This document shows positions 1 through 9,824 of a stretch of DNA of 64,000 nucleotides, one piece after another; position 1 is the stretch's first letter; every line of letters starts with the position of its first letter. The notes under the pieces were generated by a model. That model searched no databases. It was not told the DNA's origin and was given only the letters and a program-made list of their open reading frames with translations. A program made the translations under genes and the position numbers. The stretch is from positions 372,001 to 436,000 of the forward strand of contig MU058387.1 of NCBI GenBank assembly GCA_013265495.1. Direction: 5' to 3'. This DNA comes from Vicugna vicugna. Its lineage: Eukaryota.

Positions 1-1242
1 TTCCTCCACTTAAACATTGAGGTTTAGATAGGATGAGTACTCTATTAAGGTCCACAGATTTTCGGAGAAGATTGAGAAGTTGGGTCCAGAAGATACGAGA
101 GGCAATGAAATTGACTGGCTGTTCAGATGATCATCTCTTGTACGTTCAGAAAATGACCTTCCCTCCTACACTGACACTGATCCCAGGAAGAACTTCTTTC
201 ATGTTTTATCCAACTTTCTTAACATGACATTTAATCTGGACCAAATAAAACTCTTCATATCTTATCTGTCCCTGTTATTTGTCACAGCATACATGAATCT
301 TTCTACCATTTATGAATAAAATAAACCATTCTATGCAACTTTCTGAACCTCACCTGTGCAATGGGACAATATTCTCTACTACCACCTTAAATTACTATGA
401 AGTCTTTAATAAAAGAGTAAGGTATGTAAAATGACTAATAATGTCTACATTTGTCATATACAAATTTAAGGAATTATTTCTGATTCCCACAATTCACATA
501 TCTACTTACCATCATTTTCACAATCTGGAAACTTTTTCTTATGCTCTTTCCTCTATTTGGATTAACCTCACTCAGTCCTTCTCTCTGTGTTTTCATCCAT
601 GCAATTCTTACTTATCAACAAAGATCTAGCTCACCCGTGGCCTCCATCCATGGACCTTCTAATACCAGCCTTCTCCTCGCTAACACTTGCTTACTCCCTC
701 CCTTGCTCTCCCATAGCACATGACTTGTGAGTCCCCATTAAATGCCCATCTTTCCCCCAGCCCCTGTCCTATAACTCCTAAATGGCAGATTCCTTTCTAA
801 TTCATCTTTATATCACCGAAGTCCAGCATCTAGAAGGTATTGAACTATTTTCTGGAAGAAGAAAGTAAAGAATTCTATTACTAGGCCATTTTCTTATTTC
901 TTATTCTTACTTTAAATTCTCCCCATGCTTTATGATGTGGTCTCTTGCCACCTCTTGTATCAAATAGGACATAACTTCTCAAGCAGGAAGAGAAAGGCTT
1001 TTTCTTGCATGCTCATAATATTCTATTTATAACTTTTATTGTTATTGCTGTAATTTAACCATCTCCTCCCTCCCCATGTTTCATGTCTTTTTAAATGTTA
1101 TAGTTCTAACCATAGGGATCCCAAATTCAAATGCCAAATGGGCCAGACAACTATGAAAATAAAATGGAACAGGGTGGTGTTATAACACTTAACACTTGCT
1201 TAACTTTGACTGCATTCCAGACACTGGAACCAATTAGCTCCT

Positions 1243-1395
1243 TTAGCCTCACACCAACCCTATGTGTTAGAGAATATTTTTTATCCCATTGAAAAATGAA
1301 CTAAAGCACAGTGAGTTTAAGTAACTTGCTGACCTGGAAGAGGCAGAATTTGAACCCAAATAGGCCTGCTCCAGTATCTACACTCTTAGGCACTG
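1243..1395 (-). mobile_element. MIR SINE fragment
   Basis: Reverse complement of MIR core (cctcacaccaaccctatg...cacagtgagtttaagtaacttg...gaatttgaaccca...ctccag); diverged. Confidence 0.7.
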
Positions 1396-2666
1396 GAATA
1401 AACAATGCTAGGAAGTGGACGAGTAGATAGGGGTGTGAGTTACTAAAAAGAAACACATGTTCTTTCGAAACTGCCCCTGGAAACTCACTGGCTTAATGCA
1501 ATATGTTATATTAATGGTCAAGCAAAGTCATGGTGGTTGGGTGTCTCCCCAAGTGACTTTTTAAGCCTATCCTAGTTTGACTAATAACCCACAAAATAAC
1601 ATCTTCTTATGAGAAAGCCAACCCTGTTCTGAGCTCAGGTGCATAGGGTGATATTGGTAAGGCACCAGCACAGTGCCCAGCCGTCTATCAATGCTCCCTT
1701 ATGTTGTATAAAACATACCATTGAGATTTCAGAGTTCGTTCACTCCTGTGAGTGAAATCACTCCCCTGTTCTTTCTGTCTTTGACATTCTTGATTCATAT
1801 CAAGTATTTAAAAAGTGTTGCATGAATAAATAAATGAAGGAATAAGTAAAAGGGGAACATATAAGTGTGAAGTGTCATTGGTAACGTCTACACTAAAATC
1901 CTTGCTCATTATTATTAGGATCAAATAATCTCCAGGAAAATCACATGCTCCTAGATCTAGAGGAGCACAATTTGCAAAAGACTTTAGAAGGAAAGATGTA
2001 AGAATCTAAAAAGCCTTCAGATTTCCTTTTTCCTGTGAAATCTTCTTATTAGAGGGGGAAAATGCTTTTCTGCAGTAACATGGAATGCTTTCCACAAAAT
2101 GGTATATGATGGAAACTAGAAAAAGTTCTTACTATAAACTTCAGAACCTTTAAAGTAGTTCAGCCAGACAAATGTAAAAATGTTGAGAATTAACTCATTT
2201 AGGTATTTTTTGATCATTTGGAAAAGTGTCACCAATTATTCATTCGATCCTGAAATAAACAAATCACCCAATAATGATAAGACCTATGATTTTTTTTTGG
2301 TTCAAAACTCACTCCAGCTTCGGTCAATTTTGTTGAGGGGAGATTAGTAAACTTCTTATTCATTCTAGTTTTTTTTACACAGCATTTCTTTTTTATCTTT
2401 TTTTGAATATTTTTGCTTTTTTCTTTAAAACATGTGAAAGACTTCTATTTTTAATAACATCTCCAACTAATTATCCAAAAAAAAATAGCATTCCACACCA
2501 AATTCTATTATATACACAAAGATAGACACACAATCCAAATATTCTGGATAAAACATAGTAACCATCTTTAAAAAAATAGGCTCTATTTTTAGAGCAGTTT
2601 TAGGTTCCCAGAAAATAAGTATTTTCTTGAAATCGCACATGAGATCTCAAGAAAATAAAGAAAATT

Positions 2667-2803
2667 GGGGAAGAGTGCAGCTGAGCGTTAGTGTGCTCAG
2701 CATGCACAAGGTGCTGAGTTCAATCCCCAGTATCTCCATCAAAATAATTAAGCATAATTACTTTTCCTGCCCCCCGAAAATAAATAAAATAATTTAAAAA
2801 AAG
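2667..2803 (+). mobile_element. Vic-1-type camelid tRNA-derived SINE
   Basis: ggggaagagtgcagctgag...gctcagcatgcacaaggtgctgagttcaatccccagtatctcca with B-box-like gttcaatcc, then taattac..ccccc segment and A-rich tail. Confidence 0.8.
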
Positions 2804-2811
2804 TAAAAGGA

Positions 2812-2925
2812 GGGGAGGGTGTAGCTTAGTGGCAGAGTGACTGCTAAGCATGCACAAGGTCCTGGGTTCAATCTTCAGTACCTCCATTAACCAAAAAAAT
2901 AAGTAAGTAAATAAATAAATTTTTA
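2812..2925 (+). mobile_element. Vic-1-type camelid tRNA-derived SINE
   Basis: ggggagggtgtagcttagtggcagagtg...agcatgcacaaggtcctgggttcaatcttcagtacctcca plus A-rich tail; A and B boxes visible. Confidence 0.85.
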
Positions 2926-2948
2926 AAGTGTTCGGGTTGGCAAAAATG

Positions 2949-2986
2949 AATAATAATAATAATAATAATAATAATGATAATAATAA
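2949..2986. repeat. (AAT)n microsatellite, one interruption
   Basis: Seen directly. Confidence 0.9.
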
Positions 2987-3324
2987 GCATAGTGAGCAGG
3001 GCTAAAGTTACGGGTCCTGGGAGAAGTGAAAGCAAACCAGTCTATGCTTCACAGGATTCCCAAGTTCAAACCCATCCAACATGGGGTCACACTGCAAAAT
3101 TACAAAACTGATTAGGAAAATGAGCTTTGCCAAGTTGAGATTGTTCAGGGCTGAAGAGGAAACCAGTGAACTGCAAGATCAAGCTGGGAATAAAGGATGC
3201 CCTCTGCTGCAGAGAAGGACAACGCGATGAAAACTATGGGGATGTAAGAGATATGAAAGCTGCGACATTTCTCTCATTGGAGGTGCAGTGGGGAGAGTAT
3301 AGGGTAACGTGAAAAAATGCAAAC

Positions 3325-3435
3325 TTTAAAGAGATAATGGCTGATAATTTTTCGAATTGATGAAAACCATGAATTCTTAGATTCAGGAAGCACAATAAAT
3401 CCCAAACAATATAAGGAAAAAGTAACCTATACCTA
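3325..3435 (+). mobile_element. Old L1 ORF1 fragment
   Basis: gagataatggctgataatttttcgaattgatgaaaaccatgaattcttagattcaggaagcacaa resembles the L1 ORF1 motif EIMAENFPNLMKxxNLQIQEAQ, disrupted. Confidence 0.65.
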
Positions 3436-4878
3436 TTTACAAATGGTGGAAGAGGAGAAGGGGTAGAGAGTCGGGTTGGCATGAAAATGCATACACATAG
3501 GGAAAGGTCTAGAGAGAAAGGGAACAGAATGGTGTTAAAAGAGAGGACGGGACTGGAACCTGACAGTGTATCTATTTCTCCACACCTCTATTTTGTAAAC
3601 TTGGGAACCTTAAGTTCATGTGAGCCGATGCCATTAATGAAACACACTCTTCCTTCACAGCACGTTTTCCATGAGGGCTCATTAAAGTAATTTATTTCTT
3701 GGACTTAATCCTCCTTGACTAACACATACTTGAAAAACCTAGAATTGCACAACTCTTCCGGTAAACAAGATTTTTCTCATTCCAAAGCAAAAAAGGACTG
3801 GTTGGCAACACAACGCTAGCTCATTTCACACCATCCCGTTTCAGGCCCTGAATCAAACCAGCCATTGGCTTAAGCCCTTTTTTAAAAAATTATTTTAAAA
3901 ATTTGTATGACTTTTGACATTCAAAAGGAAATAAATCCCTTTTTGTGTGACAGGTCTAGAAACAAGTACGTTTGGACATTCTGAACTGCCCTGCTGTTAA
4001 ATCTTCCATAAATATACACGGCCTTACATTCCCACACCTGATTCTTTTTTGTCTCTCCATCTGCCAAGTGGTGCAGTGCCCATCCAACACAGGAGACTTG
4101 CCTACAGAAGTAATCTCCAAAGCGACCCCTGGGGGGAAGGGTAGCTGAGGTTGCCCGCAGGAAACGACTCAATATTTAAGTCGCTGTAAAGAGACACACA
4201 GCAAAAGCATGTGTCCATCCATCTCCAAAAATGTTAGGTCTCTTGCTTCCTCTAGTGATATATTTTTGCTATGAAATGGCTGCAGAGCCCTGGGAAGGCA
4301 TCGCAGGTTTTATCAGCCTTGACAGCTGTCTCCAAGAAACGGCAGGCAACCCGCAACTTCAACCGCGGTGCAGAGCTCTCTCCTGTGGTCCTGCCCAAGT
4401 TCACAAAGCTGAGGTCTGAGCAGCACTCAGACAGAGACCTTCCCCGCTGAATGGACAGCCTGCTTCAGGGCAGGGCTCTCTCTGTGCAGAGAGCCAGGCT
4501 TTCCGATTACAGTGAGCCTTAGATTAATTGGAGCCTGGATGGTGACATTTAGGGCTGTTAAAACAGTCAGTCCGAACTCCTGCATTTATTTCCGGTATCT
4601 CTATGTTCCTGGCAGTGGGCTAGGCCCTCAGGGAAGGCAAGAAGGAATCAGAGCAATCATGCCTGCTAAGCAGCTCAGAGTGCAGGGTGTTCCATCTCTC
4701 GGGACTCGTAAGTCCCTCCCTATAGGAGAGTCGCATATTCAAGCCTTTCCCACTGTCTCCTCCACCTGCCAATCTTCCCATGGCTCTCTCTTCAAATCTG
4801 CCTACTATCTGTTGTTCTTGTTGTTTTGTTTTGTTTTGCCCCACAACCTTCTGATAAAGGAATTACACTGACTGTTCT

Positions 4879-5832
4879 TACTATAGATTGAAAGCTGATG
4901 TCCCCTTAAAATTCTACTTGAAATCCTCTAATCCCCAAGGCGATGTTAAGAGATGAGGCATTTGGAGAAACACTCATCTGATGGTCAATTAAAATATGAA
5001 TGGCTTCCCATGGCCCTTTGAATAAGAGTCACACTTTATGCCCTCAGCCTACGGCCTCCCACATGATGTGGTCCTGGTGGCCTTTCTGACTTATCTCATG
5101 CCCCTCCTCTCCCAGCTCACTCTTATTCAAAGTTGTCCCCGGCTTCAGAGCCTCGCTGTTTCCTCATGTTTTATTTCATCTGGCTCTTTATGTGTAGTTC
5201 TTTATCCTTTAACTCTGTTCAAATGTCACTTCTCCAGAGAGATTTTTCCCATTACCTTTTCTGAAATATGCCTCCCCCTGTCCCCAACCAGCCACTCTGA
5301 TGTGATATTCCCAGGGTACCGCTGGGTTTACTCCCTGTAAAATAGTTATCATAAAGCCAGGACATTTTCATGTATAAATTCATTTATTTATTTAGATGTG
5401 GCTTCTGTCTCATGACACTTTAAGTTCTGTAAAGGTAAGGGTATCTTGTTGGTGATCATTTAACCTGCATTGCTTGCAGGGCCTCTAGCAGATGGTAGGA
5501 GCTCAATAAATATTTTTAGAATTAAAAAAAAAAAAAAAAGAGATGAGGCATTTGGGAGGTGGTTAGGTCACGAGGGTGCAGCCCTCAGGAATGGGATTGG
5601 TGCTTTATAAAAAAAAAGGTCTGGGGTGACTCCCTCGCCCCGTCCATCCTGTGGGGACACAGCCAGAAGCCGCCATCTCTGAGCCACGGAATGAGTCTCA
5701 CCGAGAGCTCGGCCGTACTCACAACTTGATGCTGGACTTCCCCGACGCCAGAAGACAAAAAATAAATTTCTGTTGTTTATAAACTGCCCAGTTTATGGTA
5801 CGTAGTTCGAGCAGCCCAAATGGACTGAGACA
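4879..5832 (+). mobile_element. MLT1A0-like MaLR solo LTR, split in two (4879-4965 and 5538-5832)
   Basis: Both parts are collinear with the MLT1A0 consensus (gtccccttaaaattc..ttgaaatcct; tttgggaggtggttaggtcacgagggtgcagccctcaggaatgggatt; aataaatttctgttgtttataa...gactgagaca). Confidence 0.85.
4966..5537 (+). mobile_element. Retrotransposed polyadenylated insert made of L2 3'-end sequence
   Basis: L2-like motifs (aatggcttcccatggccc; ttcaaatgtcacttctccagagag; gtaggagctcaataaatattt), AATAAA 5505-5510, poly(A) from 5524, perfect 18-bp flanking repeat aagagatgaggcatttgg. Confidence 0.85.
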
Positions 5833-6090
5833 GTCCGCGTACCTTCGCCGGTCCTCCTTTCGGGCTGCGCCGTTGACTTCCGCCTTCTCGCGCTGCGAAG
5901 CGGCCTGTCCTGCAAGAGCTGTCTTACCGCTCCCAGCCAGAGGCGGCGTTCGCCCGCCCGCTCAGTGTGCACTCTCACTCCGAAGTCTGTTTCCATGGGC
6001 CCCGAGACAGTTCTCTCTGTAGGTTCTGCCCGGCGGCTTTGTACATCAGAAGTGGAAGAAGCATAGAGGAAGGGAGCTCTACGGCCTATT
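5630..6090. promoter_or_regulatory. Small CpG-rich, promoter-like patch
   Basis: Locally high GC and CpG in an AT-rich, CpG-depleted background; acttccgc (ETS-like) and cgcccgccc (GC-box-like) motifs; minus-strand splice donors nearby. Confidence 0.5.
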
Positions 6091-6265
6091 CCTGGTGCTG
6101 ACACTGACCCTAGGGACATGTGTGACTTTACCTCCCTAAGCCTGATTTTCCCCCAGGCGGGTCACTGGGGCTGCACTGAAGATTCCTAACAGCACAGTGA
6201 ATGACACATATGACAAAACCTATTGTATTTGCGTATGTTTTCTCGTCTTTTAAATTCTCTTTTCA

Positions 6266-6444
6266 GAATACAGACTTGTGGTTACCGGGGGGGGGGGGGG
6301 GGGGGGGGGGAGGGGAAAGACAGGGTTTTAAAAATTGTNNNNNNNNNNNNNNNNNNNNNNNNNNNNNNNNNNNNNNNNNNNNNNNNNNNNNNNNNNNNNN
6401 NNNNNNNNNNNNNNNNNNNNNNNNNNAAAAAAAAAAAAAAAAAA
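6266..6444 (+). mobile_element. Young 5'-truncated L1 3' end spanning the assembly gap
   Basis: acagacttgtggttaccggg.. (L1 3'UTR) before the gap, poly(A) after it, identical 14-bp TSD aaattctcttttca at 6252-6265 and 6445-6458. Confidence 0.8.
6339..6426. other. Assembly gap (88 N)
   Basis: Run of n. Confidence 1.
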
Positions 6445-6590
6445 AAATTCTCTTTTCAATCTCTCTTCACATTTCCTGCTCTGTTGTCTGTCCCTGATCC
6501 TCTTGGGAAAAAAAGAAAATTGTCAGTAAAGACAAGCATGTATGTTTCAGAGCCAGAGAAGACTGGGTTCTAATCAAGCACTGCTTTTTA

Positions 6591-6759
6591 TTTTACTTTT
6601 TACTTTATTTTATTTTATTTTTATTGAAGTATAGTCAGTTACGATGTGTCAGTTTTTGGTGTGCAGGATAATGTTTCAGTCATATGTTTACATACATATA
6701 TTCATGTTCATATTCTTTTTTATTATTGGGTGCTACCACATATTGAATACAGTTCCCTG
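6591..6759 (-). mobile_element. Young 5'-truncated L1 3' end
   Basis: T-rich tail then ttgaagtatagtcagttac...tattgaatacagttccctg; identical 15-bp TSD aagcactgcttttta at 6576-6590 and 6760-6774. Confidence 0.85.
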
Positions 6760-6774
6760 AAGCACTGCTTTTTA

Positions 6775-7030
6775 AAAAATTGTATTTTAACTTTTTTTTT
6801 TTTTTTTTACAATTTAAGACTCCCAAGAAGTTGCAAAAGTTACGGAGCGGTTTCAGGGATCCCTTACACAGCTTTCCCCAATGATAGCATCTTTCGTAAC
6901 CAAAATACATGACTCGAAACCAGGAAACTGACATCTGTACAATCCTATTTACACAACTATAGATTTCATTGGAGTCTACCAAGTTTTTTTGTTTGCTTTT
7001 ATTGCATTGGATTCTACAAGTTTTTAAAAT
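6775..7030 (-). mobile_element. Older L1 (L1MB/MC-type) 3' end
   Basis: acaatttaagactcccaagaagttgcaaaa...cagctttccccaatgatagcatctt...aaaccaggaaactgacat. Confidence 0.7.
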
Positions 7031-7035
7031 ATTTC

Positions 7036-7152
7036 AAATACTGCTATTTACTGGTTTTGTACCTTTGGAAAGTATTTCATCTGCCTGAGCTTTACTCTGC
7101 AAAATAGGAATAATTGAACAATATCAACCTCATAGAGAGTTTCTGAGTTTTA
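7036..7152 (+). mobile_element. MIR, continuation of the fragment at about 6545-6590
   Basis: ctgctatttactggttttgtacctttggaaagtatttcatctgcctgagc...aaaatagga...acctcatag. Confidence 0.6.
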
Positions 7153-7204
7153 TGGGGGGTCCCATACATAAATTCACATACGGCCAACCTATTGTTGGTT
7201 ATAC

Positions 7205-7410
7205 GGTCAGTTAGGGCACGGACTCTAAGGTTAGAGAGCCTAGCTCTGTACACTCACTGTCCACTTTCTACTTGATAACCTCTCAGACCCTCAGTTTCTT
7301 CATCAGAGACGTGTGGATAATAATGGCACTTACTCAGTTATAGTTTTGAGATAGTTTAGACGATATTTAAAAAGGACTTCCAATGATACCTGAATGTGTT
7401 AGTCCTTATT
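7205..7410 (+). mobile_element. MIR SINE
   Basis: gttagggcacggactct...aacctctcagaccctcagtttcttcatc...gataataatggcacttac. Confidence 0.7.
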
Positions 7411-8043
7411 ATATTTACATTATCTAGTACTTAATAGGAGGCTACTAAATGTCAGATTATGTTTGTGCTTTATTATCCTTCTTATCCTCTAAATGTTGGT
7501 TTATGGGATTCTGCCCTCAGCTGTCTTCCGTACTGAATACAGAGAATTTCTATAACTTTTCTTCTGCCCTCAGGATTTCACTGATTCCCAGGTCTATACC
7601 TCTATCTTACATCCCTGCTTTTGCTTCCAAATCTGAGCGACAAACTTCAAAACAGACATCTCTAAATGAAACCCATTATCTTTTTTTTCTTTCTGAAATA
7701 TTGTGGGCTTGGTAAGAGTTCCCTACAAGTGAACCCGCAGACAAGGAGGTTAATTCTCCTACAGACAGGGAGCAGGGAGCCTCCCCCAACCAATTCCCTA
7801 CCTTCTTCCTCCCAGCTTCCTCCCTCACTCACCACCATAGCCAGGGAGGAATCTGCCAAGTGGGACAAAAGAAAAGGTGAGGGGGAACTAACCAACTCAG
7901 ACAGAAGTGTTGACAAGATGTAAATTGGAGTAAATTCCTGGATAGCAGGAATTCTGAGGGAGCAAGACGCAAGAACCCAGCTTCTGATGTGTGGGTTGAT
8001 GATGTTGCACTGAGATGCTCTTCCGTCTGTCCTTGAAGGACAG

Positions 8044-8500
8044 TGTATTCATTTCCTAAGAGTGTCATAATAACCACAAACTGGGTGGCTTAAACAACAG
8101 ACACATATTGTGTTATAGTTTGGGATACGAGAAGCCTGAGATCAAGGTGTCAGCACAGTTGGGTGCTCTCCGTGGTCTGTAGGTCTGTAGGTCTGTCCCT
8201 CGCCTCTCCCCCAGCTTCTGCTTGTTTGCCAACGCTGCTCCTCCTTGGCTGTGAAGCATCACCCCAGTCTCTGCCTTCATCTTTGCATGATGTTCTCCCT
8301 GTGTACATATTTATCTCCAATATCCCCCTTTTTATAGAGACACCAGTCATATTGGGTTAAGGTCCATCCCAAAAGACCTCATTTTAACTTGATTACCTCT
8401 GTAAAACTCCTATCTCCAAATAAGGTCACATTCAGAGTTCCTGGGGTGAAAACTGTAACACGTATGAATTTTGGAAGGGGCACAAGTCAACCCATCATCA
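8044..8500 (-). mobile_element. MLT1C-like MaLR solo LTR
   Basis: accacaaactgggtggcttaaacaacag...atcaaggtgtcagc...gacaccagtcatattgg...ccaaataaggtcacattc. Confidence 0.85.
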
Positions 8501-9824
8501 AGAATAAGCCAGGAGAAGTGATTGAAAATGTTCCTTCTACTTGGTTTTCCTTTTTTCCAGGTAGGGGAGAGTCTCATGCGTCATTACCCTACAGGGGTAA
8601 AATATCATTACCTAGTGGAAATGGGAGTAAGTGTCTATGTTACAAGTGGTAGAATTTCTTCCTGACTGGTCTTAAAGCTTTTTATGATTTTGTAGGAGAG
8701 AAGAAAACACTACGCCTTTTGTTAATAAAGTTGCAAAGAGGGAATTCATAGAAATAGAGATAGAGAAGGATACTTGAGGAGGTGAGTTGGGGTTCTGATG
8801 GCTGGGCCCAGAGTGGGTCCGTTGTCGACCTACAACCTTGAATGTGCACAATGAGAAACAAGAAAAGGGACTGCTTTTGCGAGGCATCACTTGTGTGACC
8901 AAGAGTTGTGATAAAAGAAACAGTGGTCTCGAGTACTGGGGGAAGGCTGGGAGGGGGCCATCATCCAAACTGTGAGTAGTGTCCTTCCATGTAAGTAAAT
9001 AAATAAATACATAAATAAATAAATGGCCCTACTCTGGGTACCTCTTCTGCTCTCTCCAGTGTTACCCTGACCTTAAGGCGCCTCCAAGTGCCTTGAGGAG
9101 TGGGCTGGATGCTCCATCACCTGCAGCTTGGAGCTTTTCTGGGATACCCAAAGAGAAAACAATCACGTGACACTGGCCAGTGACATGGTCATCCAATGAC
9201 AAACACTGGATCTTATCAGAGTCAATACAAAGGACCCGGAAGTAGAGCTGCACACTAGGGGGAAGGACTTGTGGGATGTGGGTGACCAAAGCCGACACTT
9301 CCCAATATTGGAGTTTGCTTCCATCTTGGAAGAACACTTGATGGAGCATCAGGAGTCAGGACTGAAGGCAAACCAACAGAGGACAGCAGAATGCCTAGGA
9401 GACTCAGTGCACCTTGCTCACCACCATAGGGTCCCCATCTGATGACAGAGATACTACCTTCTCCACATCGAATTATGATTATCCTCAACTCATAGACAAG
9501 TTTCCCAATTGTCTCCCTACAGCACACCAGTGCTACGGGATGTTTGTGAATATTATAAACAAGAACAATTTTTGATGTTTAACAAAATGGGTCACAAAGT
9601 GCACGGTATCTCATAACTTTTGGATGTTGTGGGGTTAAATTCATGTATCATCATTGAAATATGCAAAAATGGAACTTTATTTTGAGCACTTGTTTGAGCT
9701 TAATCTTGAATTTTTATTCTTGTAGCAGCAGGTGGGTAGGTATGGGTTAAGGTGAGTTACAGATCATAAAACTAAATGTCACTCAGTCTTTCTGAGAGGC
9801 AGGCCTAGTCCTAAGCCTAGTCTC

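Noticed and set aside
2667..2925. tRNA-like sequences with A and B boxes (also 31412-31531)
   Set aside because: They have A-rich tails, degenerate cloverleaf stems and in one case a TSD, so they are SINEs rather than tRNA genes.
6286..6315. Long poly-G run and the ORFs crossing the N gap
   Set aside because: The run abuts an assembly gap inside an L1 G-rich tract. Its length is unreliable and the ORFs are artefacts of the Ns.
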